This document shows, piece after piece, positions 8,997 through 18,683 of a DNA stretch of 64,000 nt. This DNA is from Aureliella sp. Its GTDB lineage: Bacteria > Planctomycetota > Planctomycetia > Pirellulales > Pirellulaceae. Each line of letters starts with the position of its first letter. The first letter of the stretch is position 1. Both the position numbers and the translations under genes were made by a program. The notes beneath the pieces were generated by a model, which worked only from the letters and a program-made list of their open reading frames with translations, had not been told where the DNA came from and made no database searches. The stretch is taken from NCBI GenBank assembly GCA_963691875.1, contig OY829846.1, positions 2,144,001 through 2,208,000 on the forward strand, in the 5' to 3' direction.

Positions 8997-10430
8997 ATGG
9001 AAAACCAAGACGAGAAATCCTCTTCTGCCCTCATTGTTCGCCTGGCCGTCATGATGTTTCTCCAGTTTTTTGTCTGGGGAGCATGGTATGTGGGTATGTA
9101 CGGGTTCCTGCAAGCAAACGGAATGACAGAGAACCCGGAGGGCTATTCGTTCGATGCAGCCGCCTACACCGTTGCACCGATTGCAGCGATTCTTGCCCCC
9201 CTGACGTTGGGGTTAATTGTGGATCGGCTCATGAACACCGAATGGGTGCTCGCGATATTGGGACTTATCGGAGCAGTTTTACTATGGTATGCACCGACGC
9301 TCGCGGAAGGAGGTGCACCAGAAAGCTATCTGTCTCAGTTCGCGCACCCGATGGTTTTGTGCCTTCTGCTTTACATGATTTGCTTTATGCCAACGCTTGG
9401 ACTGACGGCAAGTTTGTCCTTCAAGCACCTGGCCAATGGAGAGAAAGAGTTTCCTGTTGTTAGGGTTGCAGGAACAATTGGCTGGATTGTTGGCAACTGG
9501 GCTATGTGGCTCGTTCGTGCCTTTAATGGAGAAGGTGCAAAGATTTCTGAAGCGCAGGCGAAGCTCGCAACGGCAACTGAGGGAGGAGATGCTGGCGCTA
9601 TCGAGAACGCTCAGGCAGCTATCGATAAGTTGATGGAGACCATCCAGTATGCGGACAACTCCTCACACATCTTTCATGCTGCGGCCATAGCTTCTGCCAT
9701 TCTCGGTCTTTATTGCCTGAGCTTGCCGCGCACAACACCACCAGCTAAGGGTGAGCCTATTTCATTCGGGAAGATTCTTGGCATCGATGCCTGGGCGATG
9801 CTGAAAGATAAGGCTTTCTTCGTTTTTGCTGTAGCTTCCTTTTTGATCTGCATTCCTCTCGCCGGATACTACGCCAAGGGTGCGGGCTTTGTAGGAGATA
9901 TGGGTGTGACTCTATTTGGCTCTACAACGGGTGCGATGAGTACGGGACAAATGAGTGAGATTTTCTTTATGCTGGTTATGCCGCTCTGCTTCGCTCGCTT
10001 CGGCGTCAAGTGGATGTTGATCATCGGGATGGCAGCATGGGTTATTCGCTATGCACTCTGGGGCTTAGCTTTCGGAATGGAGTCTCCGATGATGACCTGG
10101 CCAATTTTCGCTGGCATCCTACTTCACGGCATTTGCTATGACTTCTTCTTCGTGACGGGTATGGTTTATACGGACAAGAAAGCAAACCCAGAAATCCGGA
10201 GTCAAGCACAGTCGCTTGTTGTTATGCTCACCCAAGGACTTGGGCTAGGGATTGGAGCTCAAGCGTTCGGCTGGTGGACCAATCAGTGCAAAGATGGAGA
10301 AGCGGGTTTGGACTATTCCATGTTCTGGTACGCTCCAGCTGGTTTTGCGGCTCTAGTCATGGTGCTCTTCGCCTTCACTTTCTGGGATCGGTCAGTAGAC
10401 GACGACAGTGGGCCGGATTCGAACACTTAG
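8997..10430 (+). CDS. MFS transporter, nucleoside:H+ symporter (NupG/YegT-like) family
   Basis: LAVMMFLQFFVWGAW, RVAGTIGWI, GQMSEIFFML and HGICYDFFFV motifs; about 12 TM segments. Confidence 0.88.
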   Translation: MENQDEKSSSALIVRLAVMMFLQFFVWGAWYVGMYGFLQANGMTENPEGYSFDAAAYTVAPIAAILAPLTLGLIVDRLMNTEWVLAILGLIGAVLLWYAPTLAEGGAPESYLSQFAHPMVLCLLLYMICFMPTLGLTASLSFKHLANGEKEFPVVRVAGTIGWIVGNWAMWLVRAFNGEGAKISEAQAKLATATEGGDAGAIENAQAAIDKLMETIQYADNSSHIFHAAAIASAILGLYCLSLPRTTPPAKGEPISFGKILGIDAWAMLKDKAFFVFAVASFLICIPLAGYYAKGAGFVGDMGVTLFGSTTGAMSTGQMSEIFFMLVMPLCFARFGVKWMLIIGMAAWVIRYALWGLAFGMESPMMTWPIFAGILLHGICYDFFFVTGMVYTDKKANPEIRSQAQSLVVMLTQGLGLGIGAQAFGWWTNQCKDGEAGLDYSMFWYAPAGFAALVMVLFAFTFWDRSVDDDSGPDSNT

Positions 10431-10462
10431 TCTGTCCACCGATGACTTCACAGCCAAACACG

Positions 10463-10500
10463 AAAAGAGCCCGAGCAATTGCTCGGGCTCTTTTTATTTT
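10463..10500. terminator. Bidirectional rho-independent terminator
   Basis: Perfect palindrome AAAAGAGCCCGAGCAATTGCTCGGGCTCTTTT between convergent genes. Confidence 0.85.
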
Positions 10501-10521
10501 CTAGCAGTGGAAGGTTGCTGG

Positions 10522-11658
10522 TTACCGATTTACGCTGACACCAAAGGTGAAACCCGCCATTTCAACGGCTTGATCTTGAACAAACTCGTTGCCAACACCT
10601 GGGTTCTGACCTCGCCAAATTCCCTTCGCGAAGTTGATAACATCAATACCACCCCGAACTTGGAAGAAGTTGGTAATCGAGTAGGCTGCTTCCGCCCGGG
10701 CTTCAAATCCAAACGCAAACTCTTGGTTCGACGATTGGATGAAGGTGGTCCCCGTTACCGGGTCTTGTGCCACAACGTCACCACCGACCCCATCGTATTC
10801 AGACGTGATTTGACGACGAGCTAGGGTGCGATCCTGGAAATTTTGCATCGCAAAGGCTCTGAACTCACCGGATAGCGTCCAGCGTCCGCTGTGGTTGAAG
10901 TAGCGTGCTCCGAGTTGGCCTCCAATCATGGAGTTCTTGATCGTCGTTGTATCGGAGAAGAGTGTTTCCACGGCGTTGTCTGTCGTTAAACCACCTGGGA
11001 CGGTGATTTGATTCTGCGTGCGAATGTAGTTCTCGTTCAAGGCTGTGTCGTTAAAGGTCGAGTACTTGAGGCCGATCATTGGCTCAAGCATCCCACCGTA
11101 ACGATAGGGTGAACGACGCCAGGTTTTGTTCAGCTCGAAGTTGGTCAGACCAACCACGTTCAGACTATCACCCAAAACATAGGCCCGGAAGCCAAGTTGT
11201 GGATCATTGCGATCATCTGGCGGGAACAAAGGGTCGGCCGGATCATTCACATCATCTTCGTTGACACGGTTTACTCGCTCCTGCAAGACACGATCATAGA
11301 CGTTGGGTCCCCCCATACTTCGGAAACTGACCAACCAACCGGACTCTTCCTCATTCATGAAGCCGACATCCCATCGATTACCCCAACCGAAGTCTCCTCT
11401 CGCGGAGGAAGCTTCTACTTCCGGTCTCGAAACCCAAAGATTGGTCCTATCATAAGTCGCAAACCACCCTGTGGATGCGGTCTTGCGAGGTGAGCGCTCG
11501 AGCATCTCTGTTACGTCAACCGGAGCAAAGAACTGCCAATCCGGATTAACGTCCAATACATCACCGAGTGGGTGATAAACTTGCCCAAACGCCGTTGGAC
11601 TGGCTACTATTGCGGTCAGTACCGCGACTACTCGCCAATGAAAATTCTGCAACGACAT
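10522..11658 (-). CDS. Putative outer-membrane beta-barrel protein (planctomycete BBP7-like)
   Basis: GGAAGG RBS and signal peptide (…PTAFG|Q); NSMIGGQLG motif; alternating strands; ends GFTFGVSVNR. Confidence 0.7.
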   Translation of the reverse strand: MSLQNFHWRVVAVLTAIVASPTAFGQVYHPLGDVLDVNPDWQFFAPVDVTEMLERSPRKTASTGWFATYDRTNLWVSRPEVEASSARGDFGWGNRWDVGFMNEEESGWLVSFRSMGGPNVYDRVLQERVNRVNEDDVNDPADPLFPPDDRNDPQLGFRAYVLGDSLNVVGLTNFELNKTWRRSPYRYGGMLEPMIGLKYSTFNDTALNENYIRTQNQITVPGGLTTDNAVETLFSDTTTIKNSMIGGQLGARYFNHSGRWTLSGEFRAFAMQNFQDRTLARRQITSEYDGVGGDVVAQDPVTGTTFIQSSNQEFAFGFEARAEAAYSITNFFQVRGGIDVINFAKGIWRGQNPGVGNEFVQDQAVEMAGFTFGVSVNR

Positions 11659-11960
11659 CAAACTACCTTCCACCGTAGCAAACGGAATCGCCCCCATGCG
11701 CGTCAGCCAAGACAGACTAGAGGCACGCACGAAATTCTGGTTGTGCCGGTAGTATCGGATGGTCGTCGAGGAAGAATTAAGTCACTCTAGGTAAACCTTG
11801 TCGAAAATAAGTTTTCTCTGCCTCTGAGAGCCACGTGCTAGCAACGGGAATGAGAATCTAGGAGGATTAGGTGCTACTGTCAAACGCTTGGCGGCGATTG
11901 CAACGGTGCTTTGATCCATCTCAGAAACCTTGCGCGTATCGCCGAGGCATCCCTAGGCTG

Positions 11961-12821
11961 CTATTTTTGCTCTGCAGGCTTCAACCGGCACCAAACTGGC
12001 AAATGATCGCTGGCGAAACGTCCTGACTTCGTCTTCGGATTCATGGTTTCGAATGCCTCAACTGCAACGTTTTGCGATACCAAGATGTGGTCGATCCTCT
12101 GCCCTTCTACGATCTCGCGAAATCCACACCAAGTGCTATTCGGGCCTTTATCTCTTACGCCTTCGCGCGATCGTGCATCCTCGAGGGCGGCTTCCTTTCC
12201 TTCCAGCAATGCATTCATGGGGGCACTGCCAAGCTTCGCATTCATATCTCCCATCACGACAACAGGAAGTCCCTTCGCGTTCTCAGCAACCCAATTGCGA
12301 ATCAGCTCGCCTGACTTCTTTCGAGCAGCCGAACCACGATGATCAAAGTGGGTGTTGAGTATGATCCATTCCAGTTTCGAGGAATTGTCCTGCAGTCTCA
12401 CCCAAGTAGCGATTCGCGGCAGGGCTGCGTCCCACCCTTTGCTGCCAACGGTCTTTGGATTTTCGCTGAGCCAGAATGTGCCTTTGTCGATGCAATAGAA
12501 CTCCGTCTTTCGCCAGCCTATTGGAGCGCTCTCGCCCTTTTGCTTGCCGTCGTCCCTGGCAACCCCATACCACTCCAACTTGGGTGTGGCAGATTTGATG
12601 TCGTCGAATTGCTTCCAAACAACTTCTTGAAGCCCCACAACGGAACCAGCCTCAAAGCTATCAATTACCGCTTCCTTGCGATTGCCCCAAACATCTTCGC
12701 CATCTCGTGTATTTAGATAGCGGATGTTATAGGACATCACGGTAAATGCGTCTTCCGCAGCAGTGCGCTCGGCGAATGAACCGAGCAAACAAACGCAAAG
12801 GCAAGCAATTCGAACTCTCAT
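11961..12821 (-). CDS. Secreted endonuclease/exonuclease/phosphatase (EEP) family protein
   Basis: SYNIRY, GLQEV, NTHFDH, GDMN, RIDHI and SDHLPV motifs; signal peptide. Confidence 0.92.
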   Translation of the reverse strand: MRVRIACLCVCLLGSFAERTAAEDAFTVMSYNIRYLNTRDGEDVWGNRKEAVIDSFEAGSVVGLQEVVWKQFDDIKSATPKLEWYGVARDDGKQKGESAPIGWRKTEFYCIDKGTFWLSENPKTVGSKGWDAALPRIATWVRLQDNSSKLEWIILNTHFDHRGSAARKKSGELIRNWVAENAKGLPVVVMGDMNAKLGSAPMNALLEGKEAALEDARSREGVRDKGPNSTWCGFREIVEGQRIDHILVSQNVAVEAFETMNPKTKSGRFASDHLPVWCRLKPAEQK

Positions 12822-12985
12822 TCTTGATCCCTTTCTTTAATCCAACCACGGTAGCAAGAAGGCCTTCAATGAGGCCAAGCGATTGCCTTCGACGTGGTCC
12901 TAAACTTCTCTTGAGCGCTTAAAATAGCTACCTGCGCGACGCTCTATGATAGCGACTCTGCCTGCCAGCAATCGGAAAACCTCAA

Positions 12986-13828
12986 ATGCCTCACCCGCCA
13001 CCTGATGCCCAGCTACCTAAAGTCAATAAGCCGCTAATGGGTGGGTTTCGTGTTTTCAATCGCCGCTATCTTCGCAAGCACTTTCATGTCATCGCGCGGT
13101 CTCGTACTACTGGATTGCCCCATGATATTCCGAGCACCGATAGCGTCGTCGTGTACGCCAATCACGCCTCGTGGTGGGATCCTTTGCTGGCTATTTTTTT
13201 GGCAGAGGACCTGTTTCCGTCTTTTGGTATGTATGCTCCGATCGATGCAGAAGCATTTGAGAAATACCGGATCTTTGGGCAGATGGGGTTTTATCCCGTC
13301 GCCCAAAACAGCCTGGAAGGCGCAAAGCACTTCTTGAAAGTCAGTCGGGCTATCTTGGCCCAATCAGGCAATTCGATCTGGCTCACCCCCGAAGGTCGCT
13401 TCGCAGATGTACGCGATCACAGCGAGGCTCTTATGCCAGGCTTAGCACATCTGGGGCATGCGTTAGGGAAAAGCAAAGTCGTTGACTCGGAGAGTCCAAA
13501 CGTTTGGTTTTTGCCGCTGGCCATCGAGTACTGCTTTTGGGAAGAGAAAATGCCAGAGCTGTTGCTTCACTTCGGAGAACCTGTTGCGACGGAGAGTGTG
13601 GAGGCAGAAGCACTTACGAGCAAAGAACTTTGGGACCAGAAACTCTCGTCGAACCTCCGCCAAGCGCAGAGTGAACTCGCAGCGCTATCGATCGCTCGAG
13701 ATTCAGACGCATTTGAAGTGTTGCTGCGAAGTCGCAGCGGGACTTTCTTCATCTACGACTGGTGGCGCAGTCTTTCCAGCCGACTGCGTGGCAAACAGAT
13801 GAGTACGGAACACAGCGACAAGTTTTAG
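12986..13828 (+). CDS. Lysophospholipid/PlsC-like acyltransferase
   Basis: NHASWWD (HxxxxD) and PEGR motifs. Confidence 0.85.
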   Translation: MPHPPPDAQLPKVNKPLMGGFRVFNRRYLRKHFHVIARSRTTGLPHDIPSTDSVVVYANHASWWDPLLAIFLAEDLFPSFGMYAPIDAEAFEKYRIFGQMGFYPVAQNSLEGAKHFLKVSRAILAQSGNSIWLTPEGRFADVRDHSEALMPGLAHLGHALGKSKVVDSESPNVWFLPLAIEYCFWEEKMPELLLHFGEPVATESVEAEALTSKELWDQKLSSNLRQAQSELAALSIARDSDAFEVLLRSRSGTFFIYDWWRSLSSRLRGKQMSTEHSDKF

Positions 13829-13936
13829 AGGAGCTGCTAGCTTGAACTTGTACTCGTGCGAAACGGGCATTCTGAATCGTGGCTGAATTCACGCGAATTT
13901 TGACATGCTGGAACCTTATCCCGCTCTCGCTGGCCT

Positions 13937-14554
13937 CTAAGCTGGAACCTCGGGCGAAGCAGGATAGTACACCGTGATCGCGGCGGTACTTTTGCTAAGA
14001 TCGATTTTGGAGACTTTCACACGCTGCACCTCAAGACCGGTCCTTTCTCGCAGATCCGCCAACAACTCATCTCTTCGGGACGGTGCTAGCAATTCTGGTT
14101 TGTCATAGACCATGCATTGTTTGACCTGGCTCTTGATGCTGATTACGGATCGTTCGAGCAGATACGTGGTGAGCACTATGGCGTAGTTGGTTACCGCCAG
14201 CTCCACGTAGCTTGTCTTCTTGTTCGACAAAGCGTTGATCACAGCAATTCCAACTATCACAAACAGATACGTCATCTCTTTGACGCGAATCGAGTCGGTT
14301 CGATATCGAATGATTCCGAAGATGGCGAACAGCCCCAGTGCCATTCCCAGGCCGAGTTCCAGCTTCTTCAATGCGAAGCAAATGAAGAAGACCATGATGT
14401 TGAGGAGCAAGAAGGTGAAAACGTAGGCGTTCTCCTTCTGAAACCGTCGGTAGCACCCCAAGACGACACATAGCACCACGGTAACATTTAGCGCAAGACG
14501 CACCAACATCTTATAGATGTCATCATCGAAAATCGGGACTTCGAGAAATTCCAT
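13937..14554 (-). CDS. DUF4956 family membrane protein
   Basis: LGMALGLFAIFGIIRYRT…KEMTYLF signature; several TM helices. Confidence 0.85.
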   Translation of the reverse strand: MEFLEVPIFDDDIYKMLVRLALNVTVVLCVVLGCYRRFQKENAYVFTFLLLNIMVFFICFALKKLELGLGMALGLFAIFGIIRYRTDSIRVKEMTYLFVIVGIAVINALSNKKTSYVELAVTNYAIVLTTYLLERSVISIKSQVKQCMVYDKPELLAPSRRDELLADLRERTGLEVQRVKVSKIDLSKSTAAITVYYPASPEVPA

Positions 14555-14671
14555 GCAGGGCGCCCCTTTAATGCGAATTGTTGCGTCGGAGCCCGGACTC
14601 GGGCCGCCAACGCTGGGGAAAGTTTGAAGAAGAGCGGCTAAAGTCTGATAACCAACTTTTTGTGGCAGATT

Positions 14672-16390
14672 CTATTTTTCAGCTTGGTAGTTGAGCAAGA
14701 ACTCGGATCGCTCTTCGCAGAACTTACGAAGATCGCCATTCTCAGGATCGGTAGCTTGCAGGAATGCCTGGTAGCTCATTAGCTTACGTGTGTCTGCTTT
14801 TACTTCGTCTACGATCAAGGCTCTAGCGGCAGCGATTGAAGAACCGATCTTTTCCCAGCTGAGATGTTCAGTGGCTATCTCTTCCATGTATGCCAGATAT
14901 TTTGCTTGCAACCTTTCGTTCTCGAGGAGACGACTGCGGAGAGGCATTCTATCGTTGTCGATACCTACCAATGGATCGAGTGTAACGCCTCCTCCGCCGG
15001 GGCCTCTTCCTGGTCCACCAGGGCCCCCGCGCCCACCAAAGAAACCACCACCAGGGCCTCCTGGTCCACCGCCAGGTCCGCCGGGACCACCTTGGCCACC
15101 TGGACCTCGACCGCCCCGCTCTGGCGGTCCGCCTTCCAAATCGCCGAACAGGAAGTCCAGAATCGCATCAATGTCATCAGGGCCTCCACGTGGTCCGCGA
15201 CCTCTGCCGCCAGGCCCACCTCCTCCGTGGCCGCCAGAAAAGGACTCGTTCATGTCGTGCGGAATTATATGAAACTTACCGTCTTTGTTCTGATAGATGC
15301 TGTAATCGCTGGCGCGCGTCCAATAGCCATCACTGTTTACCAAAGCTACATCTGCGGCCAGAAACCAGAGAGTGCCTTCTAGATCCAAAACTGGATCGAG
15401 CACCGTGTCTAGCTCATCCGTCGGAGTTTCATCCAGCAGCTTGCAGAACGCCTTCAGATCTTGCCAAGCCTTTTCCTCATCCTTGGATTTGATATCGAAG
15501 CGTTGGCGGTACAACTCGGTGTTTTCACCTAGATAACGCAAGCCTCCGTCGGCGTTGGGATTTCCGCTGACTTTCCAACGTGCTCCTTTCTTGGAGCCAT
15601 AATTCTCCTTGAGGAAGTCTTTATTGAATTGCTGCGCATTTGCGTAGATTCCCCAACTCCGACCATTGATCACAACCTTGACGAAATTGACTTTCGGCGT
15701 CGCTATCTTTGCTCCCGCAATCCCCGAATACAAAAGGGAGCTCATCATGCTTGCGTCGCCATTGCAATTCAGCAGATTCAACGTCTTGTACCCGTAAAGC
15801 CGCTGGTCTTCATTCATGAAATCAACGGAGAGATTAAGCGAACGCTTGCTGCCAGTCGGAATCATGAAGAAGGATGAAGCGCCTCGAAAGCTGACTCCGA
15901 CACCCTCTAAGACTTTTCCATCGACGGTCATTCTGGCTGGGATTTCGACATCGGTCGGCTTGAAGACCTCAAGTTCCGCTTCCCATTCCGGATTGTCAAA
16001 ATCGAGAAAGATCGTCCGAAGCACAGTGGTATCGTAGAGTTTTGCATCCGGGAAGAATTCAACTTCGTCAGGATTCACTTCCGGCCCTTCGGTACCCAGA
16101 GCATTGCCGCGACCACCACCCGGTCCACGACCAGGAGGCCCACCTCGACCACCAGGGCCGCCACGTCGGCCGCGGCTGTTGGCCGCCATCCACTGTTGAG
16201 CTTTCTCTCGCTCCGCAGCATCAAGCCGCCCATTCTCATCCGCATCAAACTTCTCTACGAGCTCAATGTCCGGAGCATTGGGACCACCAGGTCCCTGGGC
16301 TAGCAAGTGAGTATAAGCCTGGAATCCAAAGAAAAGGACCAATCCAACCGAGAAGGCAGACAGGAGCTTAGATTTTCGCGAGCGAAGCAT
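14672..16390 (-). CDS. Secreted CotH kinase-family protein with an EF-hand-like loop and Gly-rich inserts
   Basis: GVSFRGASS, KRSLNL, NSDGYWTRASDY and HDMNESF motifs; DADENGRLD loop; signal peptide. Confidence 0.85.
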   Translation of the reverse strand: MLRSRKSKLLSAFSVGLVLFFGFQAYTHLLAQGPGGPNAPDIELVEKFDADENGRLDAAEREKAQQWMAANSRGRRGGPGGRGGPPGRGPGGGRGNALGTEGPEVNPDEVEFFPDAKLYDTTVLRTIFLDFDNPEWEAELEVFKPTDVEIPARMTVDGKVLEGVGVSFRGASSFFMIPTGSKRSLNLSVDFMNEDQRLYGYKTLNLLNCNGDASMMSSLLYSGIAGAKIATPKVNFVKVVINGRSWGIYANAQQFNKDFLKENYGSKKGARWKVSGNPNADGGLRYLGENTELYRQRFDIKSKDEEKAWQDLKAFCKLLDETPTDELDTVLDPVLDLEGTLWFLAADVALVNSDGYWTRASDYSIYQNKDGKFHIIPHDMNESFSGGHGGGGPGGRGRGPRGGPDDIDAILDFLFGDLEGGPPERGGRGPGGQGGPGGPGGGPGGPGGGFFGGRGGPGGPGRGPGGGGVTLDPLVGIDNDRMPLRSRLLENERLQAKYLAYMEEIATEHLSWEKIGSSIAAARALIVDEVKADTRKLMSYQAFLQATDPENGDLRKFCEERSEFLLNYQAEK

Positions 16391-16717
16391 CTCGGAATTC
16401 CTAACCGTAGAATGTGGTGAATCGAGCAGTGGAAAGAACGAACTGAGGTCGAAGGCGATCGAGCAATCACTCGAGCGTTTTGCGGACCTTCCTTCGGTTC
16501 TAACAATTCCGCAGAGTGGGCCATTCTGAGGACAGCGGCCAGAGTTCGGAGGCAGGAATAAACGGACGTGAAAAGGCAGTTTCGACGGAAGGGACTTGGG
16601 CCTCAGGAATTCAGCCGCGTGCTCACGCCGTTTTTTATCTGCACAAATAGACTATTCGTCCGCAGCCTCATCGGTTGTCATTAGAGCCCAAAAAGTAACT
16701 CAACTGGAATCACGGAT

Positions 16718-18642
16718 ATGAACCTCGCGAAACAGTTGTTCTTTTTCTGCATTGCAGGACTGGTGTTCCTGATGCCAAAGGCAGCATACGCAACAGAAAA
16801 CACAAACCGCCCAAACATCCTGTGGATCGTAGCCGAAGACATCTCGCCGTTTTTCGGTTGCTATGGATCGCCCGATGATATCACTCCCAACATCAATGCC
16901 TTCGCCGAAAGATCACATCTTTTCAAACGAGCCTATACTACAGCGCCGATCTGTTCGCCTTCGCGCTCCTACCTGGTAACTGGAATGTATGCGACTTCAT
17001 TGGGTTCTCAGAATCTGCTTAGCAAGATTGAATTACCGCCTGAGATATCAACCTTGGCAAAAATTCTGAAAGAACATGGATACTGGACCGCTCTACGTGG
17101 CAAGACGGACTACAACTTCGACGCAAACGGTTTGTTCGACTACTGGAAGCAAGACGCGAAGCCATGGCGAGCGTGTCCCCAGGACAAACCGTTTTTCGCT
17201 TTTATTTTTTCGCTTTTATGAATCTGGGCAGCAACTATGAGGGCAGTGGCAACCAACCTGAACGCGCTGCAGATGCCCTCAGCAAATTGCCGGCTGGTTG
17301 CAAGCGCGATCCAGCCGCAATCACCTTGTCACCACATCACCCCGACTCGTCGGATATGCGACGCATCTAGGCTCGATACCATGAGTTGATAACCGTTTTT
17401 GATCTGGAAGTCGGCCGAGTGTTGGACCAATTGAAAGCAGATGGTTTGGCCGACAACACCATTGTCTTTCTCATGGCCGATCACGGGATGGGCTTCCCCG
17501 CTACAAGCGTTGGCTTTATCTGACCGGACTGCATGTTCCCTTAATCTTACACCTTCCGAAAAAGTTCGCAGGTAAGCAGGGGCAGTCCTCCGTTCGCAAT
17601 GCACTGGTGTCCTACGTTGATCTTCCCGCAACGTCGCTCGAAATGGCCGGAATCGAGGCACCAAGTTACCTCGCGGGAAAAAGCATCTTCTCGGATAGAG
17701 GGCGACAGTACGTCTTTAACGCACGTGATCGCGCGGAAGACATGTTCGATCTTAGCCGCTGTGTATTTGACGGACGCTACCTCTACATCCGCCACTATCT
17801 TCCGCACCTGCACCGATGCAGGAAGGGTATACTCTAAGTCCGGTCTACAAAGAATCCCTCATTGAGCTGCACCGGCTACACGACGGTGGCCTCGATACAG
17901 CACAGAGTCAGAAATTGTGGGAGCCCTCCCTTTCGAAGAACTCTACGGCATTCAGAACGATCCCCACGAACAACACGATGTCGCGAATTACCAGGGTCTT
18001 GCTAGTGTGAGAGCCCGCCTAGTAAAGCAGCTGAAAAACTGGATTATCGAAACACGCGATAGTGGCTTTCTCACTGAGCCCGAAATGCACCGGAGAGCGA
18101 TTACTGCGAACTCGGCACAGCACAAAATCCTGAGCAACGCTGAAACCCATCCCATCGAGGGCATTCTTGCGGCAGCCGATCAAGCATCACGGCCAGGCAG
18201 CAAACTACTACAGGGTGGAAACGACCCAGCGCTCGACTTCTGGGCGATCCAGCAACGCATCATTCGAAATGACTCTTATGACTTGTCGCGACGTTTCTTA
18301 AAAACAAAGCTCGCGAGCGATACCCCAGCTGTTCGAACAGCCGCTGCCGAGTCCCTCGTCCGGCTGGGTGACAAAGACGCTGCCATCCCAGTATTTCGTG
18401 AATTATTGGCGATGCCTGAGCCCAACCTGCGTCTCTATGTCGCGCGTTCTTTGGCAATCTCTTTTGACAACTGCAAGCGGCTTGAGGAAGAAATCCGAGC
18501 TGCCCGACAAGATATGCTTGCTCCGCACGGTTCCTCGCGGCCCTGGAAGGATTTCGTATACTCGGCCTTCACAACTTGGGCGCTGGAGTGGGCTTTGGTC
18601 AAAAGCGGCTTGAACGAGTGGAGTGATTTTCAGGGCTTGTAG
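16718..18642 (+). pseudogene. Disrupted S1 sulfatase with a C-terminal HEAT-like region
   Basis: PNILWIVAED, CSPSR, DHG, RDR and EELY motifs are spread over several frames; 14-bp duplication at 17192-17219, in-frame TAG at 17368-17370, -1 shifts near 17499, 17810 and 17926. Confidence 0.88.
17192..17219 (+). repeat. Perfect 14-bp tandem duplication (TTTTTCGCTTTTAT)x2
   Basis: Read directly; removing one copy restores the frame KPFFAFMNLG. Confidence 0.9.
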
Positions 18643-18683
18643 TTGTATTTACTAGCAGAGATCAAATTGACTGATAAGAACTG

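Noticed and set aside
11745..11785. Sigma28-like TAAT-N16-TCCGATAC upstream of the beta-barrel gene
   Set aside because: Imperfect match with a single instance; cannot be supported without TSS data
8947..14604. Similar mini-hairpins GCCCGGACTC(C)GGGC at 8947-8961 and 14591-14604
   Set aside because: Too short and only two copies; may be chance or weak RNA hairpins
14990..15235. Repetitive GC-rich DNA that could be taken for a CRISPR or tandem array
   Set aside because: It encodes the Gly-Pro repeats of CotH and has no constant repeat-spacer structure
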